Positions 37,987 through 48,263 of a DNA stretch of 64,000 nt are shown here, piece after piece. Every line of letters starts with the position of its first letter. The first letter of the stretch is position 1. The stretch is taken from contig OZ244561.1 in the NCBI GenBank assembly GCA_965217585.1, positions 3,168,001 to 3,232,000 of the forward strand. The letters run 5' to 3'. This stretch comes from Candidatus Latescibacterota bacterium (lineage in GTDB: Bacteria; Latescibacterota; UBA2968; UBA8231). Position numbers and translations under genes: made by a program. The notes under the pieces were generated by a model. The model had not been told where the DNA came from and ran no database searches. It saw nothing but the letters and a program-made list of their open reading frames with translations.

Positions 37987-38044
37987 GTGGAGGACCGAGT
38001 CGTTTCTCTTCAGCCGACGCAGATAGGATCAGTGCGGATGCAGC

Positions 38045-38145
38045 GAGAAAATCGCCCTGTCCATTCTCGGCGAGATCCAAGCCTCGCTCACTGGCCGCAA
38101 AGGCGGCTCGCTCCGCGACCACCCTGGGCCGATCCACGACCGGCC
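38045..38145 (+). repeat. Direct repeat C: orphan copy of the xdhC 3' end
   Basis: Aligns with 34091-34191. Weaker similarity extends back to ~38006 (ctcttcagcc, also at 34049). Confidence 0.92.
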
Positions 38146-38537
38146 TACCATATCCAGCGCCTAAGTCCGCTGACTTGGTCGAAATGCGCGTCGAAGGAGA
38201 CGATAACCGAGCCAGTTTCCATGGCCTGTGCCGCCAGCCATATATCGTTGAGCGGTATCGGCGTTCCAGCTTTTTGTAGTTCGTTTTTGATTTGGCCGAA
38301 GACTTCCCCGGTTTCAGCGGTGACGTCGAGGACGCGCACATTGGACTTTTGCAAAAAACGCGCTAGCAGAGCCTTGTTTTCCTTGAGCCGATTGCCGCCG
38401 CAAAAGCCAGCGTATAATTCCCCAATGACAATGGCGGAGAAAAAAGCTGTTTCCGCCTCGGTCAGCGCATTCAGTACGCGCTCGTCTCCAGTTAGAAACG
38501 CGGTATAGGCATTGGTGTCGAGCAGTATGCGGTTCAT
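38145..38537 (-). CDS. vapC: VapC/PIN toxin
   Basis: LLDTNAY, GEL..GF, G.PIP.NDIW.AA and D.HF motifs. Confidence 0.92.
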   Translation of the reverse strand: MNRILLDTNAYTAFLTGDERVLNALTEAETAFFSAIVIGELYAGFCGGNRLKENKALLARFLQKSNVRVLDVTAETGEVFGQIKNELQKAGTPIPLNDIWLAAQAMETGSVIVSFDAHFDQVSGLRRWIW

Positions 38538-38779
38538 TTCCAGTCGTCGGGATCGATCTGGCGAAGGTCTTTTGTCGCCTCTTCAAACTCGGCCAGATCC
38601 GCTGCCGACCAACAGCCAAAGAGATCGGCAAATTCTTCTCGCCGCGAATGCCGTCCTCCCAGTGCTTGTTCGAGCAACCCTTTAATGGTCTTGTTCAAGC
38701 TCTTGCCTTCGGCGGCGGCCTTCTCCCTAATTTGCCGGTCCATTTCATCGTCCATTCCGTGAATGGTAATTGATTTCAT
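38534..38779 (-). CDS. Ribbon-helix-helix antitoxin (VapB/FitA-like)
   Basis: SITIHG.D...IR..A..EGKSLN, acidic tail ending IDPDDWK. ATGA-coupled to vapC. Confidence 0.85.
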   Translation of the reverse strand: MKSITIHGMDDEMDRQIREKAAAEGKSLNKTIKGLLEQALGGRHSRREEFADLFGCWSAADLAEFEEATKDLRQIDPDDWK

Positions 38780-38791
38780 GCCACGACCTCC

Positions 38792-38833
38792 GAACTATAA
38801 AGTGAACTATATTGAACTAAAGAGTAGTTCAAT
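38792..38833. promoter_or_regulatory. Candidate vapBC operator
   Basis: Three gaacta direct repeats and a perfect 9-bp palindrome attgaacta-5 nt-tagttcaat. Confidence 0.6.
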
Positions 38834-38899
38834 GGGCATGTTGCGACAAACGCATTTGCCTTGCAGAATATCCTGAACTAACAACGCAAGAGGAACGCA

Positions 38900-41233
38900 A
38901 TGCCTATCAGCGCCAAAGACCTCCAAGCCGCCCTCCCCGACCTCGAAAGCACCCAGTGTTGCGAGGGCCTTGAAAAGACCGTCACCATCCACCGCGACCC
39001 TTGGGGAATCCCCCATATCCAAGCCGCCGGCGAAGCCGACATGTTCTTCGCCCAGGGTTTTGCTACGGCCCAAGACCGCCTGTGGCATATGGACTTCGAC
39101 CGCCATCAGGCGCTAGGCCGCTGGTCCGAATGGGCTGGTCCTGCGGGGCTGGCCCGCGATCGCCTCCTGCGCGCCGCGGGCATGGGCCGCACCGCCAAGT
39201 TGGACTACGAAGCGTCCAGCCCCCAAGCCCGCGCCATGCTCGACGCGTACGCCGCTGGCGTCAACGCCTTTTTGGCGACGACCACGGCTCTACCCGTCGA
39301 ATACCAACTCCTCGGCCAGCGTCCCGAGCCGTGGGAAAGCTGGCACTGCCTCGCCGTGTACAAGATGCGCAACAGCCTGCTCGGCACCTTTGAATCCAAG
39401 CTATGGCGCACCCGTCTGGCCCAAGTCGTCGGCCCTGAGCAGTCCGGCCACAGTATTGTGGCCGCAAACCTCGCTCAACTAATCAAAGGCTATCCCGAAG
39501 GCCACCTGCTCACCGTGCCCCCCGGCACTGAGTACCAGGGAGAACCTCTCGACGGCCTCGCTGCCCTTAGTCGCCGCGAAACCGACCCCGGCTCCAATGC
39601 GTGGTCCATCGCGGGTGCGTACACGGATTCGGGCTTGCCGCTAGTGGCCGGAGACTCGCACCGCGCTCTCGACACCCCTTCCGTCTATTACCAAGTCCAC
39701 CTCGCCTGTCCCGACTTTGCCGTCAGCGGCTATTCGGTGCCTGGCGTCCCCGGCACCCTGCACTTTTGCCACAGCGAATACGTGGCTTGGGGCATGACCT
39801 ACGGCAGTGCCGATACCCAAGATCTGTTCGTCGAGCGCTTCCGCGAAACGGCCGACGGCTTGGAGTACGAATTCAGCGGCGCGTGGCGGCCAGCGGAAAT
39901 CCTGCGGGAAGAAATCCACGTCCGCGGCTCGGCACCCGTTACCTCCGAGGTCGTCATTACCCACCACGGACCTATCGTCGCTGGCGATCCGCGCAAAGGC
40001 CAAGCCATCGCCATCAGCGACCCCGGCCTTATCGAAGGAACCCCTTGGGCCGACGCCGCCCGCGATGCCATGCGCGCCCGCTCGGTCGAGGACTTGCACC
40101 AAGCCTTTGCCCGCTGGAACGACCGCGTCAACAACTACGCCGTCGCCGACATCCACGGCTGCTTTGGCTATCTGCACGCAGGTCGGATCCCCGTGCGCGA
40201 GGCCGCAAACGGCTGGCGCGCCGTCCCCGGCTGGACCGGCGAGCACGAGTGGCGAGGCTACATCCCCCACGCCGAACTGCCCAAAGCCATAGATCCCGCA
40301 ACAGGCTATGCCATCACCTGCAACCAGCGCGTGACCGGCTCCGATTATCCCTACTACGTCGGGCTTATCTTTAGCCCCGACTACCGCGCCCGTCGCATCC
40401 AGACCCGCATCCTCGAACTAGCAAAGGGCACGGCCACTCCCGAGGCTATGGGCCGCATCCACGCAGAACGCGTCTCGCTGCCGGCCGAGGTCTTTACGCG
40501 GGCCTTGCTCGCCATTGAGCCACCCGACGCCGACTGCGCCCAAGCCCTCGACCTGCTGCGCCAGTGGGACTGCCGGATGGACCGCGACCAAGCTCAGCCG
40601 GCGATCTATGCTCAAACCCGCGCCCTGCTCGGATACCACATCGCGCAAAACCTGTTCGGCGGCGACGCCTTGACCTTGCTCGCAGAGGAAGGCGGCGATG
40701 CCCACTGGCGTCTTATCAACCTCGAAGCAACTCTCGCTATTGAGCGCGGCGATACTGCGCTGCTGCCGCCCGGCCAAACTTGGCCCCAAGCCCTGACCGA
40801 GGCCCTGACCGGCGCTCTCGCCACCCTCAAAGAGGCCCTCGGCGACGACATGCACCAATGGCGTTGGGGCCGCTTGCACCGCACCCAGCCCCAGCACCCG
40901 CTCTCCGCGGTTTTCCCCGAGGCCGCTTCCTTCCTCGACCCACTTTCGCTCCCTGTCCACGGCGATGGCGATACGCCCCTAGCCAGCAGTTATGCCTTCG
41001 ATGACTTTGTGGTTACGGGTCTTTCGGTCAACCGCTATATCTTCGATCCCTCCGACTGGACCCGCTCGCGCTGGATCGCGCCGCTGGGGGCCTCTGGCCA
41101 CCCGGCTAGCCCGCACTACGCCGACCAAGCCCAGCTTTGGGCCGATGTGGAGTTTATACCTCAGTTGTGGGATTGGCAGGAGATAGGCGATCGGGCGGAG
41201 ACGACGCAGCTTCTGGTGCCGCCGGAGGAATAA
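38900..41233 (+). CDS. Penicillin acylase family Ntn-hydrolase
   Basis: RD.WGIPHI, QGF..AQDRLW.MD, GSNAW and G.SG.P.SPHY.DQ motifs. Confidence 0.92.
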   Translation: MPISAKDLQAALPDLESTQCCEGLEKTVTIHRDPWGIPHIQAAGEADMFFAQGFATAQDRLWHMDFDRHQALGRWSEWAGPAGLARDRLLRAAGMGRTAKLDYEASSPQARAMLDAYAAGVNAFLATTTALPVEYQLLGQRPEPWESWHCLAVYKMRNSLLGTFESKLWRTRLAQVVGPEQSGHSIVAANLAQLIKGYPEGHLLTVPPGTEYQGEPLDGLAALSRRETDPGSNAWSIAGAYTDSGLPLVAGDSHRALDTPSVYYQVHLACPDFAVSGYSVPGVPGTLHFCHSEYVAWGMTYGSADTQDLFVERFRETADGLEYEFSGAWRPAEILREEIHVRGSAPVTSEVVITHHGPIVAGDPRKGQAIAISDPGLIEGTPWADAARDAMRARSVEDLHQAFARWNDRVNNYAVADIHGCFGYLHAGRIPVREAANGWRAVPGWTGEHEWRGYIPHAELPKAIDPATGYAITCNQRVTGSDYPYYVGLIFSPDYRARRIQTRILELAKGTATPEAMGRIHAERVSLPAEVFTRALLAIEPPDADCAQALDLLRQWDCRMDRDQAQPAIYAQTRALLGYHIAQNLFGGDALTLLAEEGGDAHWRLINLEATLAIERGDTALLPPGQTWPQALTEALTGALATLKEALGDDMHQWRWGRLHRTQPQHPLSAVFPEAASFLDPLSLPVHGDGDTPLASSYAFDDFVVTGLSVNRYIFDPSDWTRSRWIAPLGASGHPASPHYADQAQLWADVEFIPQLWDWQEIGDRAETTQLLVPPEE

Positions 41234-41255
41234 CCCATAGCGCTGCCGAATAATG

Positions 41256-41307
41256 GAGTTTCATTGCAATAAATTGCCATTAAAGGTAATTTATTGTTAT
41301 GAAATTC
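41256..41307 (+). promoter_or_regulatory. AbiE-type inverted-repeat operator overlapping a probably leaderless promoter
   Basis: 23-bp imperfect IR (4 mismatches). TTGCAA(41264)-17 nt-TAATTT ends 6 nt before ATG 41299. No RBS. Confidence 0.65.
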
Positions 41308-41937
41308 GATCAATTCCTCGCTATCGTGGCCGATGAGCCGGTGTTTGAAACCGGCCTGCTCTTGGCCGGGTCCGTGAACCCAAGCGATATGCGGCGACAG
41401 CTTGTGCGCTGGACCCAAGCCGGACGACTGCACCAGCTACGGCGCGGGCTCTATGCGCTGGCACCGCCCTATCGCCAAATCGTGCCCCATCCCTTCCTCG
41501 TCGCCAATCGACTGGCGCGCGGCTCGTATGTCAGCGGTCTGTCGGCGTTGGCTCATGCTGGTATGATCCCCGAGTACGTGCCGGAAGTGACCAGTGTGAC
41601 CGGTGGGCGTCCGCAGCTCCGCCAGACGCCGCTAGGTCGCTTTTCCTTTCGCCATCTCAAGACCGATCTGCTCTACGGCTATCAACAAGTGGAATTGGCG
41701 CGTGGCCAGTCGGCTTTTGTCGCCGCGCCGGAAAAGGCACTGCTCGATCTGATCTATCTACAGCCGAATGGCGATGCATTGGCCTATATCAAAGAGCTAC
41801 GCCTCGACTGGGGGAGCCTCGACCTAGCGGAACTGGATAGATTGGTTGCCATCGCCGCCCGTCCCAAATTGCTGAGAGCCGTGCGGTGCATTCGCGCACT
41901 AGCCCAAGACGCGGCGTTGGGCTACGAGCCGCTATGA
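41299..41937 (+). CDS. Type IV TA antitoxin (AbiEi-like)
   Basis: L.RW...G.L.QLRRGLY, SYVS..SAL...G.IPE and PEKALLD motifs. Confidence 0.85.
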   Translation: MKFDQFLAIVADEPVFETGLLLAGSVNPSDMRRQLVRWTQAGRLHQLRRGLYALAPPYRQIVPHPFLVANRLARGSYVSGLSALAHAGMIPEYVPEVTSVTGGRPQLRQTPLGRFSFRHLKTDLLYGYQQVELARGQSAFVAAPEKALLDLIYLQPNGDALAYIKELRLDWGSLDLAELDRLVAIAARPKLLRAVRCIRALAQDAALGYEPL

Positions 41938-42737
41938 AGGATCACTTGTTCCAACTCGTGCAGGCGGCCGATCCCTTGCAGGGGCGCAATATCCTGCGCG
42001 AATACTTGCAGGCCCGGATCTTGGATGCTTTACAGCGTGCGGGGGCGATGGTGCCGCTGGCGTTTCAAGGGGGAACTAGCCTGCGCTTCCTCTTTGCGCT
42101 ACCGCGCTACTCCGAAGACCTCGACTTTACCCTCGAAGGCGATCCAGCTTCCTACGATTTGCGTGCTTATTTGACAGCCATTCGCACGGAACTTACTCGC
42201 GAGGGGTACGAAGTTGGGCTCGGCTTAAACGACCAGCGATCCGTCCACCGTGCGTTCGTGCGCTTCAGGGGCCTGCTGTACGAGGCTGGTCTCTCTCCGC
42301 ATCAGAACGAAGTTCTCACCGTGCGAATCGACATCGATGCGAACCCGCCAGCCGGTGCCGTGCTGGAGACCCGGTTGGTGCGCCGGCACGTGACACTGCG
42401 GCTCCAGCATCACGACCGGGCTTCTCTACTGGCCGGCAAACTACATGCGATTCTACAGCGCCCTTATACCAAAGGGCGGGATCTGTACGACTTGATATGG
42501 TACTTGAGTGACCGGACATGGCCGGCGCCCAATCTGTCCCTGCTCAATGCGGCGTTGCAGCAGACTCAGTGGCCCGGCGAGGCATTGACGGCGCGGACTT
42601 GGCGGGAAGTGGTCGGCGGCCGGCTACGTGTTCTGGCGTGGGATCAGGTGGTGGCCGATGTGCGTCCTTTTTTGGAACGGGAGGAAGACGCGGCGCTATT
42701 GAACATGGAAACCGCGCTGCAGCTACTGGTTGGTTAA
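41934..42737 (+). CDS. Type IV TA nucleotidyltransferase toxin (AbiEii-like)
   Basis: FQGGTSLR, RYSEDLDF, KL.A and KGRDLYD motifs. Confidence 0.9.
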   Translation: MKDHLFQLVQAADPLQGRNILREYLQARILDALQRAGAMVPLAFQGGTSLRFLFALPRYSEDLDFTLEGDPASYDLRAYLTAIRTELTREGYEVGLGLNDQRSVHRAFVRFRGLLYEAGLSPHQNEVLTVRIDIDANPPAGAVLETRLVRRHVTLRLQHHDRASLLAGKLHAILQRPYTKGRDLYDLIWYLSDRTWPAPNLSLLNAALQQTQWPGEALTARTWREVVGGRLRVLAWDQVVADVRPFLEREEDAALLNMETALQLLVG

Positions 42738-42758
42738 TCGCTCAACCCGTACGCCAAT

Positions 42759-43355
42759 TTACAATGCGCTCCGCTCCGCTCGATAGCTTTCCCGCGTATC
42801 CACATCCACGAAGATGCCCTCGTCCTCAACGGGCACATCCACGATATGGGCTGCGTTTTTTGCCAAGACCGGCCGCGCGCCCCGATCGCCAGTCAACGCG
42901 AGCAAGGCATCTCGATGGGCGCTGCCGATGGCTACCGGATGGCCGCGTCGTCCGTCGCGCACCGGCACGGCGATAGCCTCTCTACTTTTCAACGCCTCCA
43001 CGACCTTTAGCATCGTCTTCCCAGCTACCTGCGGCATATCTCCTAGGGCAAAGAGATACCCTTCCTCGCCGACTGCCGCTTCCACGCCCACTCTGATAGA
43101 GGCGGCCATCCCCTCGGCAAAATCGGGGTTGTGTACCAGCCGTACGGGATAGCGGCTCAACGCTTCCTCTACCTCTACCCGCTGATGCCCTGTCACCACG
43201 ACCACCTCGCCCAAACCCACCGCGCAGATCCGCTCCACCACGACTTGGAGGACGCATTGCTCCTGCCAAGGCAGCAGCAACTTATTGGTACCCTCCATCC
43301 TAGAGGAACGCCCCGCCGCTAGTACGATCCCGCTAAGGTCTGCGAATCTGGTCAT
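42759..43355 (-). CDS. mocA: Molybdenum cofactor cytidylyltransferase family protein
   Basis: LAAGRSSRM, GM..SI..G, LGDMP, GHPV, GD.GAR and DVDT motifs. Confidence 0.85.
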   Translation of the reverse strand: MTRFADLSGIVLAAGRSSRMEGTNKLLLPWQEQCVLQVVVERICAVGLGEVVVVTGHQRVEVEEALSRYPVRLVHNPDFAEGMAASIRVGVEAAVGEEGYLFALGDMPQVAGKTMLKVVEALKSREAIAVPVRDGRRGHPVAIGSAHRDALLALTGDRGARPVLAKNAAHIVDVPVEDEGIFVDVDTRESYRAERSAL

Positions 43356-43463
43356 CTCAATCCGTCGCTCCGTCGCGTTGGCTGTCTAATTGACAAGGAT
43401 GGGCAAAGTTTTTTAATATCCACCGCGTCATCCGCTTCTGGACCTTAACAATAGCATCGGCCC

Positions 43464-43901
43464 ATGCAGCTTACAGGCTCTCATACTTTTCGCGCCCCAA
43501 GGCAAATCCTGTGGGATTTGCTCAACGACCCCGAGGTCTTGGCGCGCATCACGCCAGGCGTCGATACCTTGGAGCAGACCGGCCCCGGCCAGTACCAAGC
43601 CGTACTGCACATCAAAATGGGGCCGATTAACAGCACGTTCAACGGTGCGCTGCAAGTCGTCGATAGCAAGGAGCCGGAAAGCTATCGCCTGCTCATCAAT
43701 GTCGATGGCAAGATTGGCCAGATTGCGGCTGAGGGCCACGTCCGGCTCGCCGACCAAGATCACGAGACGACCACGGTGGCAATTGAGGGCGGCTCGCAGT
43801 TGACGGGTCGGTTGGCGAGCATGGGCCAGCGCCTGCTCTCGGGCGTGGCGCGGATGTTTACCAATCAGTTTTTTAAGGCGCTGGAACGCGAATTACCTTA
43901 A
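43464..43901 (+). CDS. coxG: CoxG (SRPBCC) protein
   Basis: W..LNDPEVL...PG and G.LAS.GQRL motifs. Confidence 0.85.
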   Translation: MQLTGSHTFRAPRQILWDLLNDPEVLARITPGVDTLEQTGPGQYQAVLHIKMGPINSTFNGALQVVDSKEPESYRLLINVDGKIGQIAAEGHVRLADQDHETTTVAIEGGSQLTGRLASMGQRLLSGVARMFTNQFFKALERELP

Positions 43902-43923
43902 TTCGATTCAATAGGAGGTGGCT

Positions 43924-44388
43924 ATGTCAGTAGCAATCAAGGTCACTGTCAACGGCCAGACCCACGAGCACGAGGTGGAGCCACGCCAGATGCTCGTCAG
44001 CTATTTGCGCGAGGAGTTGGGCCTGACAGGTACCCACGTCGGCTGCGACACCAGCAACTGCGGTGCCTGCACCGCTATCGTCGATGGCCAAGCTGTCAAG
44101 GTCTGCACGATGCTTGCGGTTCAAGCCGACGGCGTGGAGATAATGACCATCGAAGGGCTTGCGGGCAACGGCGCGCTGCATCCGTTACAGGCAGCCTTCC
44201 GCGAGACCCATGGCTTGCAGTGCGGCTTTTGCACGCCCGGCATGATTATGGCCGCTTGGCAGTTGCTAGAGCGCAACGCAATGCCCAGCGACGCGGAGAT
44301 CCGCCACGCGCTCGAAGGCAACTTTTGCCGCTGCACGGGCTACGACAACATCATCAAGGCGGTCAAACTCGCCGCCGAGATCGCATAG
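43924..44388 (+). CDS. coxS: 2Fe-2S small subunit
   Basis: [17 protein letters not shown] and CRCTGY motifs. Confidence 0.9.
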   Translation: MSVAIKVTVNGQTHEHEVEPRQMLVSYLREELGLTGTHVGCDTSNCGACTAIVDGQAVKVCTMLAVQADGVEIMTIEGLAGNGALHPLQAAFRETHGLQCGFCTPGMIMAAWQLLERNAMPSDAEIRHALEGNFCRCTGYDNIIKAVKLAAEIA

Positions 44389-44397
44389 GAGGCCGCT

Positions 44398-46770
44398 ATG
44401 GGAGTCATAGGACAATCCGTCAAGCGCGTCGAAGATCAGCGCTTTATCACCGGCAAGGGCCGCTACACCGATGACATTGCCCTGCCCAATTCAACCTTTG
44501 CGGCGCTCGTGCGCAGCCCGTATGCCCACGCCGCGATCAAGGGCGTCGATACGACGGCCGCAGCCTCAGCCCCTGGAGTGGTCGCTGTCTTCACGGGTGC
44601 CGACCTCGAAGCTGCGGGCGTCGGCGGCCTACCCTGCGGCTGGCAGGTGGATTTCAAAAATGGCGACACCATGAAGGAGCCGGCCCATCCGGTGCTGGCC
44701 GCAACCAAGGTGCGTCACGTCGGCGACCCAGTCGCCATCGTCTTGGCCGAGAGCCGCGAGCAAGCCACGGACGCCGCCGAATTGGTGGCCGTGGAGTACG
44801 AGGTCTTGGATGCGGTCGTCGCGGCAACCCAAGCGATAGCAGAGGGCGCGCCGCAGTTGTTCGACGAAGTGCCCAACAACACACCCTTCGACTGGGAGCT
44901 CGGCGATCAAGCGGCGACGGACGCCGCCTTGGCCAGCGCCGCGCACGTCACCACCTTGGAGTTCGATAACCAGCGGCTCATCCCCAATGCGATTGAGCCG
45001 CGCTGCGCCATTGGCGACTACGACGACGCGCGCGACCACTACACGCTCTACACCTCGTCGCAGAACCCCCACGTCATTCGCCTGCTGATGACGGCGTTTG
45101 TCCTGAACCTGCCCGAGCACAAAGTGCGCGTGGTGTCGCCGGATGTCGGCGGCGGCTTTGGCTCCAAAATTTTTCACTATGCCGAAGAAGTCCTCGTCAC
45201 GTGGTGCTCGCGCCAGATTGGCCGTCCGGTCAAGTGGACCTCCAGCCGTAGCGAGGCATTCCTCACCGACGCCCACGGCCGCGATCACCACACCAAGGTC
45301 GAGCTCGGCCTCGACGCCGACGGGAATTTCGTCGGCCTGCGGGTCAAAACCGTCGCCAATCTCGGCGCGTACCTATCGACTTTCGCGCCCTGTGTGCCCA
45401 CGTATCTCTACGGCACGCTCTTACAGGGGCTGTACACGACCCCAGCGGTCCACGTGGATGTCACCGGCGTCTTCACCAACACCACCCCCGTTGACGCCCT
45501 GCGCGGCGCGGGCCGCCCCGAGGCCACGTACGTCCTCGAGCGCACGGTTGAGCAGGCCGCCTTGGAGACGGGCCGCGACCCGGCCCAACTGCGGCGCAAA
45601 AACTTCATCCCAGCCTTTGACGGCGTCGAGCAGGAAGGCTATCAGACCCAAGTAGCCCTGCAATACGACAGCGGCAACTACGGGCCCGTGCTCGAAAAAG
45701 CCCTCGCGGCCGTTGGCTACGACGAACTGCGGGCAGAGCAAGCACAGGCCCGCGCCGCTGGCAACGGCCGCTATCTCGGCATTGGCTTTTCGACCTATAT
45801 CGAAGCCTGCGGCATTGCGCCCTCGGCCGTGGCCGGCGCATTGGGTGCGCGCGCCGGCCTCTATGAGAGCGCGGGCGTCCGCGTTCAGCCCACCGGCAAA
45901 GTGACCGTCTTCACCGGCAGTCACTCGCACGGTCAGGGCCACGAGACGACCTTCGCCCAGGTGGTGGCCGACGGGTTGGGCGTGGGGATCGAAGACGTGG
46001 ACATCATTCACGGCGACACCGAGTCCGTGCCCTTTGGCATGGGCACGTATGGCTCGCGCTCGCTGGCCGTCGGCGGCACGGCCATCGTCAAGAGCATGGA
46101 CAAGATCAAGGAGAAGGGGGCCAAGATCGCCGCCCACTTGCTCGAAGCCGCCGAGGAGGACCTCGAATTCGCCGAGGGCAGTTGGACGGTCAAGGGCACC
46201 GACCAGTCGATCTCTTTTCCGGAGGTCTCGCTAGCGGCGTACGTGCCGCACAATTTTCCCGAGGGGCTGGAGCCGGGGCTGGAGTTTACCAGCTTTTACG
46301 ATCCGGCCAATTTTACCTTTCCCTTCGGTGCCCACATAGCGGTGGTGGAAGTGGATGCCGAGACCGGCGTGGTTGCAGTGCGGCGCTACGTCGCTGTTGA
46401 CGATGTGGGCAATATCGTCAATCCCATGATCGTCGAAGGCCAAGTCCACGGCGGCATTACGCACGGCATTGGCCAAGCCCTATTCGAGGAGGCCGTGTAC
46501 GACGACAGCGGCCAGCTCATTTCTGGCTCTTATATGGACTACGTCCTGCCGCGCGCCGACGACCTGCCTTCCTTTGAAACCGACCACACTGTCACGCCCT
46601 GCCCGCACAATCCTCTCGGCGTCAAGGGTGCTGGCGAGACCGGCACGATTGGCTCGCCGCCGGCCATTGTCAATGCCGTGATCGACGCCCTGTGGCCTTT
46701 GGGCGTGCGCGATCTTGCTATGCCGCTGACGCCGCAGAAGGTGTGGCAGGCCATCCAGCAAGTCAGCTAA
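44398..46770 (+). CDS. coxL: Molybdopterin-binding large subunit, form-II CoxL-like
   Basis: [23 protein letters not shown] and KGAGE motifs. Confidence 0.88.
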   Translation: MGVIGQSVKRVEDQRFITGKGRYTDDIALPNSTFAALVRSPYAHAAIKGVDTTAAASAPGVVAVFTGADLEAAGVGGLPCGWQVDFKNGDTMKEPAHPVLAATKVRHVGDPVAIVLAESREQATDAAELVAVEYEVLDAVVAATQAIAEGAPQLFDEVPNNTPFDWELGDQAATDAALASAAHVTTLEFDNQRLIPNAIEPRCAIGDYDDARDHYTLYTSSQNPHVIRLLMTAFVLNLPEHKVRVVSPDVGGGFGSKIFHYAEEVLVTWCSRQIGRPVKWTSSRSEAFLTDAHGRDHHTKVELGLDADGNFVGLRVKTVANLGAYLSTFAPCVPTYLYGTLLQGLYTTPAVHVDVTGVFTNTTPVDALRGAGRPEATYVLERTVEQAALETGRDPAQLRRKNFIPAFDGVEQEGYQTQVALQYDSGNYGPVLEKALAAVGYDELRAEQAQARAAGNGRYLGIGFSTYIEACGIAPSAVAGALGARAGLYESAGVRVQPTGKVTVFTGSHSHGQGHETTFAQVVADGLGVGIEDVDIIHGDTESVPFGMGTYGSRSLAVGGTAIVKSMDKIKEKGAKIAAHLLEAAEEDLEFAEGSWTVKGTDQSISFPEVSLAAYVPHNFPEGLEPGLEFTSFYDPANFTFPFGAHIAVVEVDAETGVVAVRRYVAVDDVGNIVNPMIVEGQVHGGITHGIGQALFEEAVYDDSGQLISGSYMDYVLPRADDLPSFETDHTVTPCPHNPLGVKGAGETGTIGSPPAIVNAVIDALWPLGVRDLAMPLTPQKVWQAIQQVS

Positions 46771-46784
46771 GGAGAAGACCGACC

Positions 46785-47600
46785 ATGATACCTGTCGCGT
46801 TTGACTATCATCGTCCCTCTTCAGTAGATGAGGCGATTGAGCTCCTCTCGGACGACGCCAAGCTCTTAGCTGGCGGCCACAGCCTGTTGCCGGCCATGAA
46901 GCTGCGCCTGTCGGCACCGGGCGCGCTGATCGATATTGGTCGGCTCGCCGAGCTCAACTACATCAGAGAGGACGGCGGCACCATCGCTATTGGTGCGACC
47001 ACTACCCACCACCAAATCGAGTCCTCGGGCTTGGTGAGTGCCAATGCCTCGGCCTTGGCCCAAGCCGCCTCGGTCATCGGCGATCCCCAGGTGCGCAACA
47101 AGGGCACCATTGGCGGCTCGCTGGCCCACGCCGACCCAGCGGCTGATTACCCGGCCGCGGTTTTGGCCTTGGGGGCCGAGATTGTCGTCAAGGGACCCGA
47201 CGGCGAGCGTTCGATCCCGGCCGACGAGTTTTTCATTGATCTGTTTTTGACCGCACTCGCGCCGGACGAGATCATCACCGAAGTGCGGGTCTCGACCGCG
47301 GAAAAGTCGGCTTATGTCAAGTTTCCGCATCCGGCCTCGCGCTTTGCCGTCGTCGGCTGCGCTGTCGCCTCGGCCGGAGGCGCGGTCAAGGTCGCCTTTA
47401 CGGGCGTGGCCAATGCGGCCTTCCGCGATACCGGGGTTGAAGAGGCCCTCAGCGGCGGCTTGAGCGAGGAATCGATCGCTGCTGCCGCTGCGCGGGCGGC
47501 CGATGGACAGGATGTACTCGCCGATCACTTTGCTGGCGAAGAGTACCGCCGCCACTTGGCCAAGGTTTTTGCACGCAAGGCGCTTGCGGCTATCGCTTAA
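46785..47600 (+). CDS. coxM: FAD-binding medium subunit
   Basis: AGGHSLLP.MKLRL and IGDPQVRN.GTIGGS motifs. Confidence 0.9.
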   Translation: MIPVAFDYHRPSSVDEAIELLSDDAKLLAGGHSLLPAMKLRLSAPGALIDIGRLAELNYIREDGGTIAIGATTTHHQIESSGLVSANASALAQAASVIGDPQVRNKGTIGGSLAHADPAADYPAAVLALGAEIVVKGPDGERSIPADEFFIDLFLTALAPDEIITEVRVSTAEKSAYVKFPHPASRFAVVGCAVASAGGAVKVAFTGVANAAFRDTGVEEALSGGLSEESIAAAAARAADGQDVLADHFAGEEYRRHLAKVFARKALAAIA

Positions 47601-47620
47601 GTTCCGTCGCATCTAACAGG

Positions 47621-47658
47621 ATAGCCCCCGATGCCGGTTGAGCGTCGGGGGCTATTTC
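47621..47658 (+). terminator. Hairpin terminator after coxM
   Basis: atagcccccga...tcgggggctat followed by T residues. Confidence 0.75.
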
Positions 47659-47712
47659 TATTCAGTCAGCTATGCGAAAAAATCGGTATTGGGATACCCT
47701 GTCGAATGGCAC

Positions 47713-48168
47713 CTAATTCAGCCGTTTCTTGATGGTGTTCACGCTCTTGCGAATCACTCCCGTCCGGTATTCCAGTAGACCTAATCGCCGGTTGAGGTGA
47801 TTTGTGCTATTGGTCAACTGGACAGCGAGCGCGTCCGTTTTGGTGGTCAGTTTCTTGGATCGGTTGCGTATCTCACCAATCTTGGTGTTAAGTCGCCCTA
47901 GGCGTCCGTCCATGTGAGTTAGCTTTGAACCGAGGCTGTCGGCCTTGCCCTCTAGCTTGCCCAGTTGCTTGGCGAGGCGGTCTACTTGCTGGTCGAGGCT
48001 CTCGACGTGTTTCTGCACGCCCGACACCTGCCCCGAGACCGCGGCGATTTGCTCGGTCAAAGACTCGGCGACTTGGTGCTGATAGGCTTTCATGTCGCTT
48101 GAGACTTTCCACAACAGAAGGGCCAGCGCCACAAAGCCCGCGATATTGATCCCCATTGATTTGGTCAT
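47713..48168 (-). CDS. Membrane-anchored coiled-coil hypothetical protein
   Basis: N-terminal TM segment, long heptad pattern, GGGAGA RBS. Confidence 0.7.
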   Translation of the reverse strand: MTKSMGINIAGFVALALLLWKVSSDMKAYQHQVAESLTEQIAAVSGQVSGVQKHVESLDQQVDRLAKQLGKLEGKADSLGSKLTHMDGRLGRLNTKIGEIRNRSKKLTTKTDALAVQLTNSTNHLNRRLGLLEYRTGVIRKSVNTIKKRLN

Positions 48169-48194
48169 CGTGTGTCTCCCTCAAGGCTTACTGG

Positions 48195-48263
48195 CTAACT
48201 CTCCGGGCTGCGGTTTTGCGCTAACAAACGCAGGATAGATTGCTGAAACGCGCTTAGGGGCAT
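48195..48263 (-). pseudogene. 22-aa N-terminal stub of a probable AbiEii-like nucleotidyltransferase
   Basis: MPLSAFQQSILRLLAQNRSPES* overlaps the upstream gene end. Homologs I recall continue with YVAG, the start of the NTase motif. Confidence 0.55.

Noticed and set aside
44463-47612. Many long antisense or alternate-frame ORFs here and across the window
   Set aside because: Expected shadows of GC-rich coding sequence, with no motifs.
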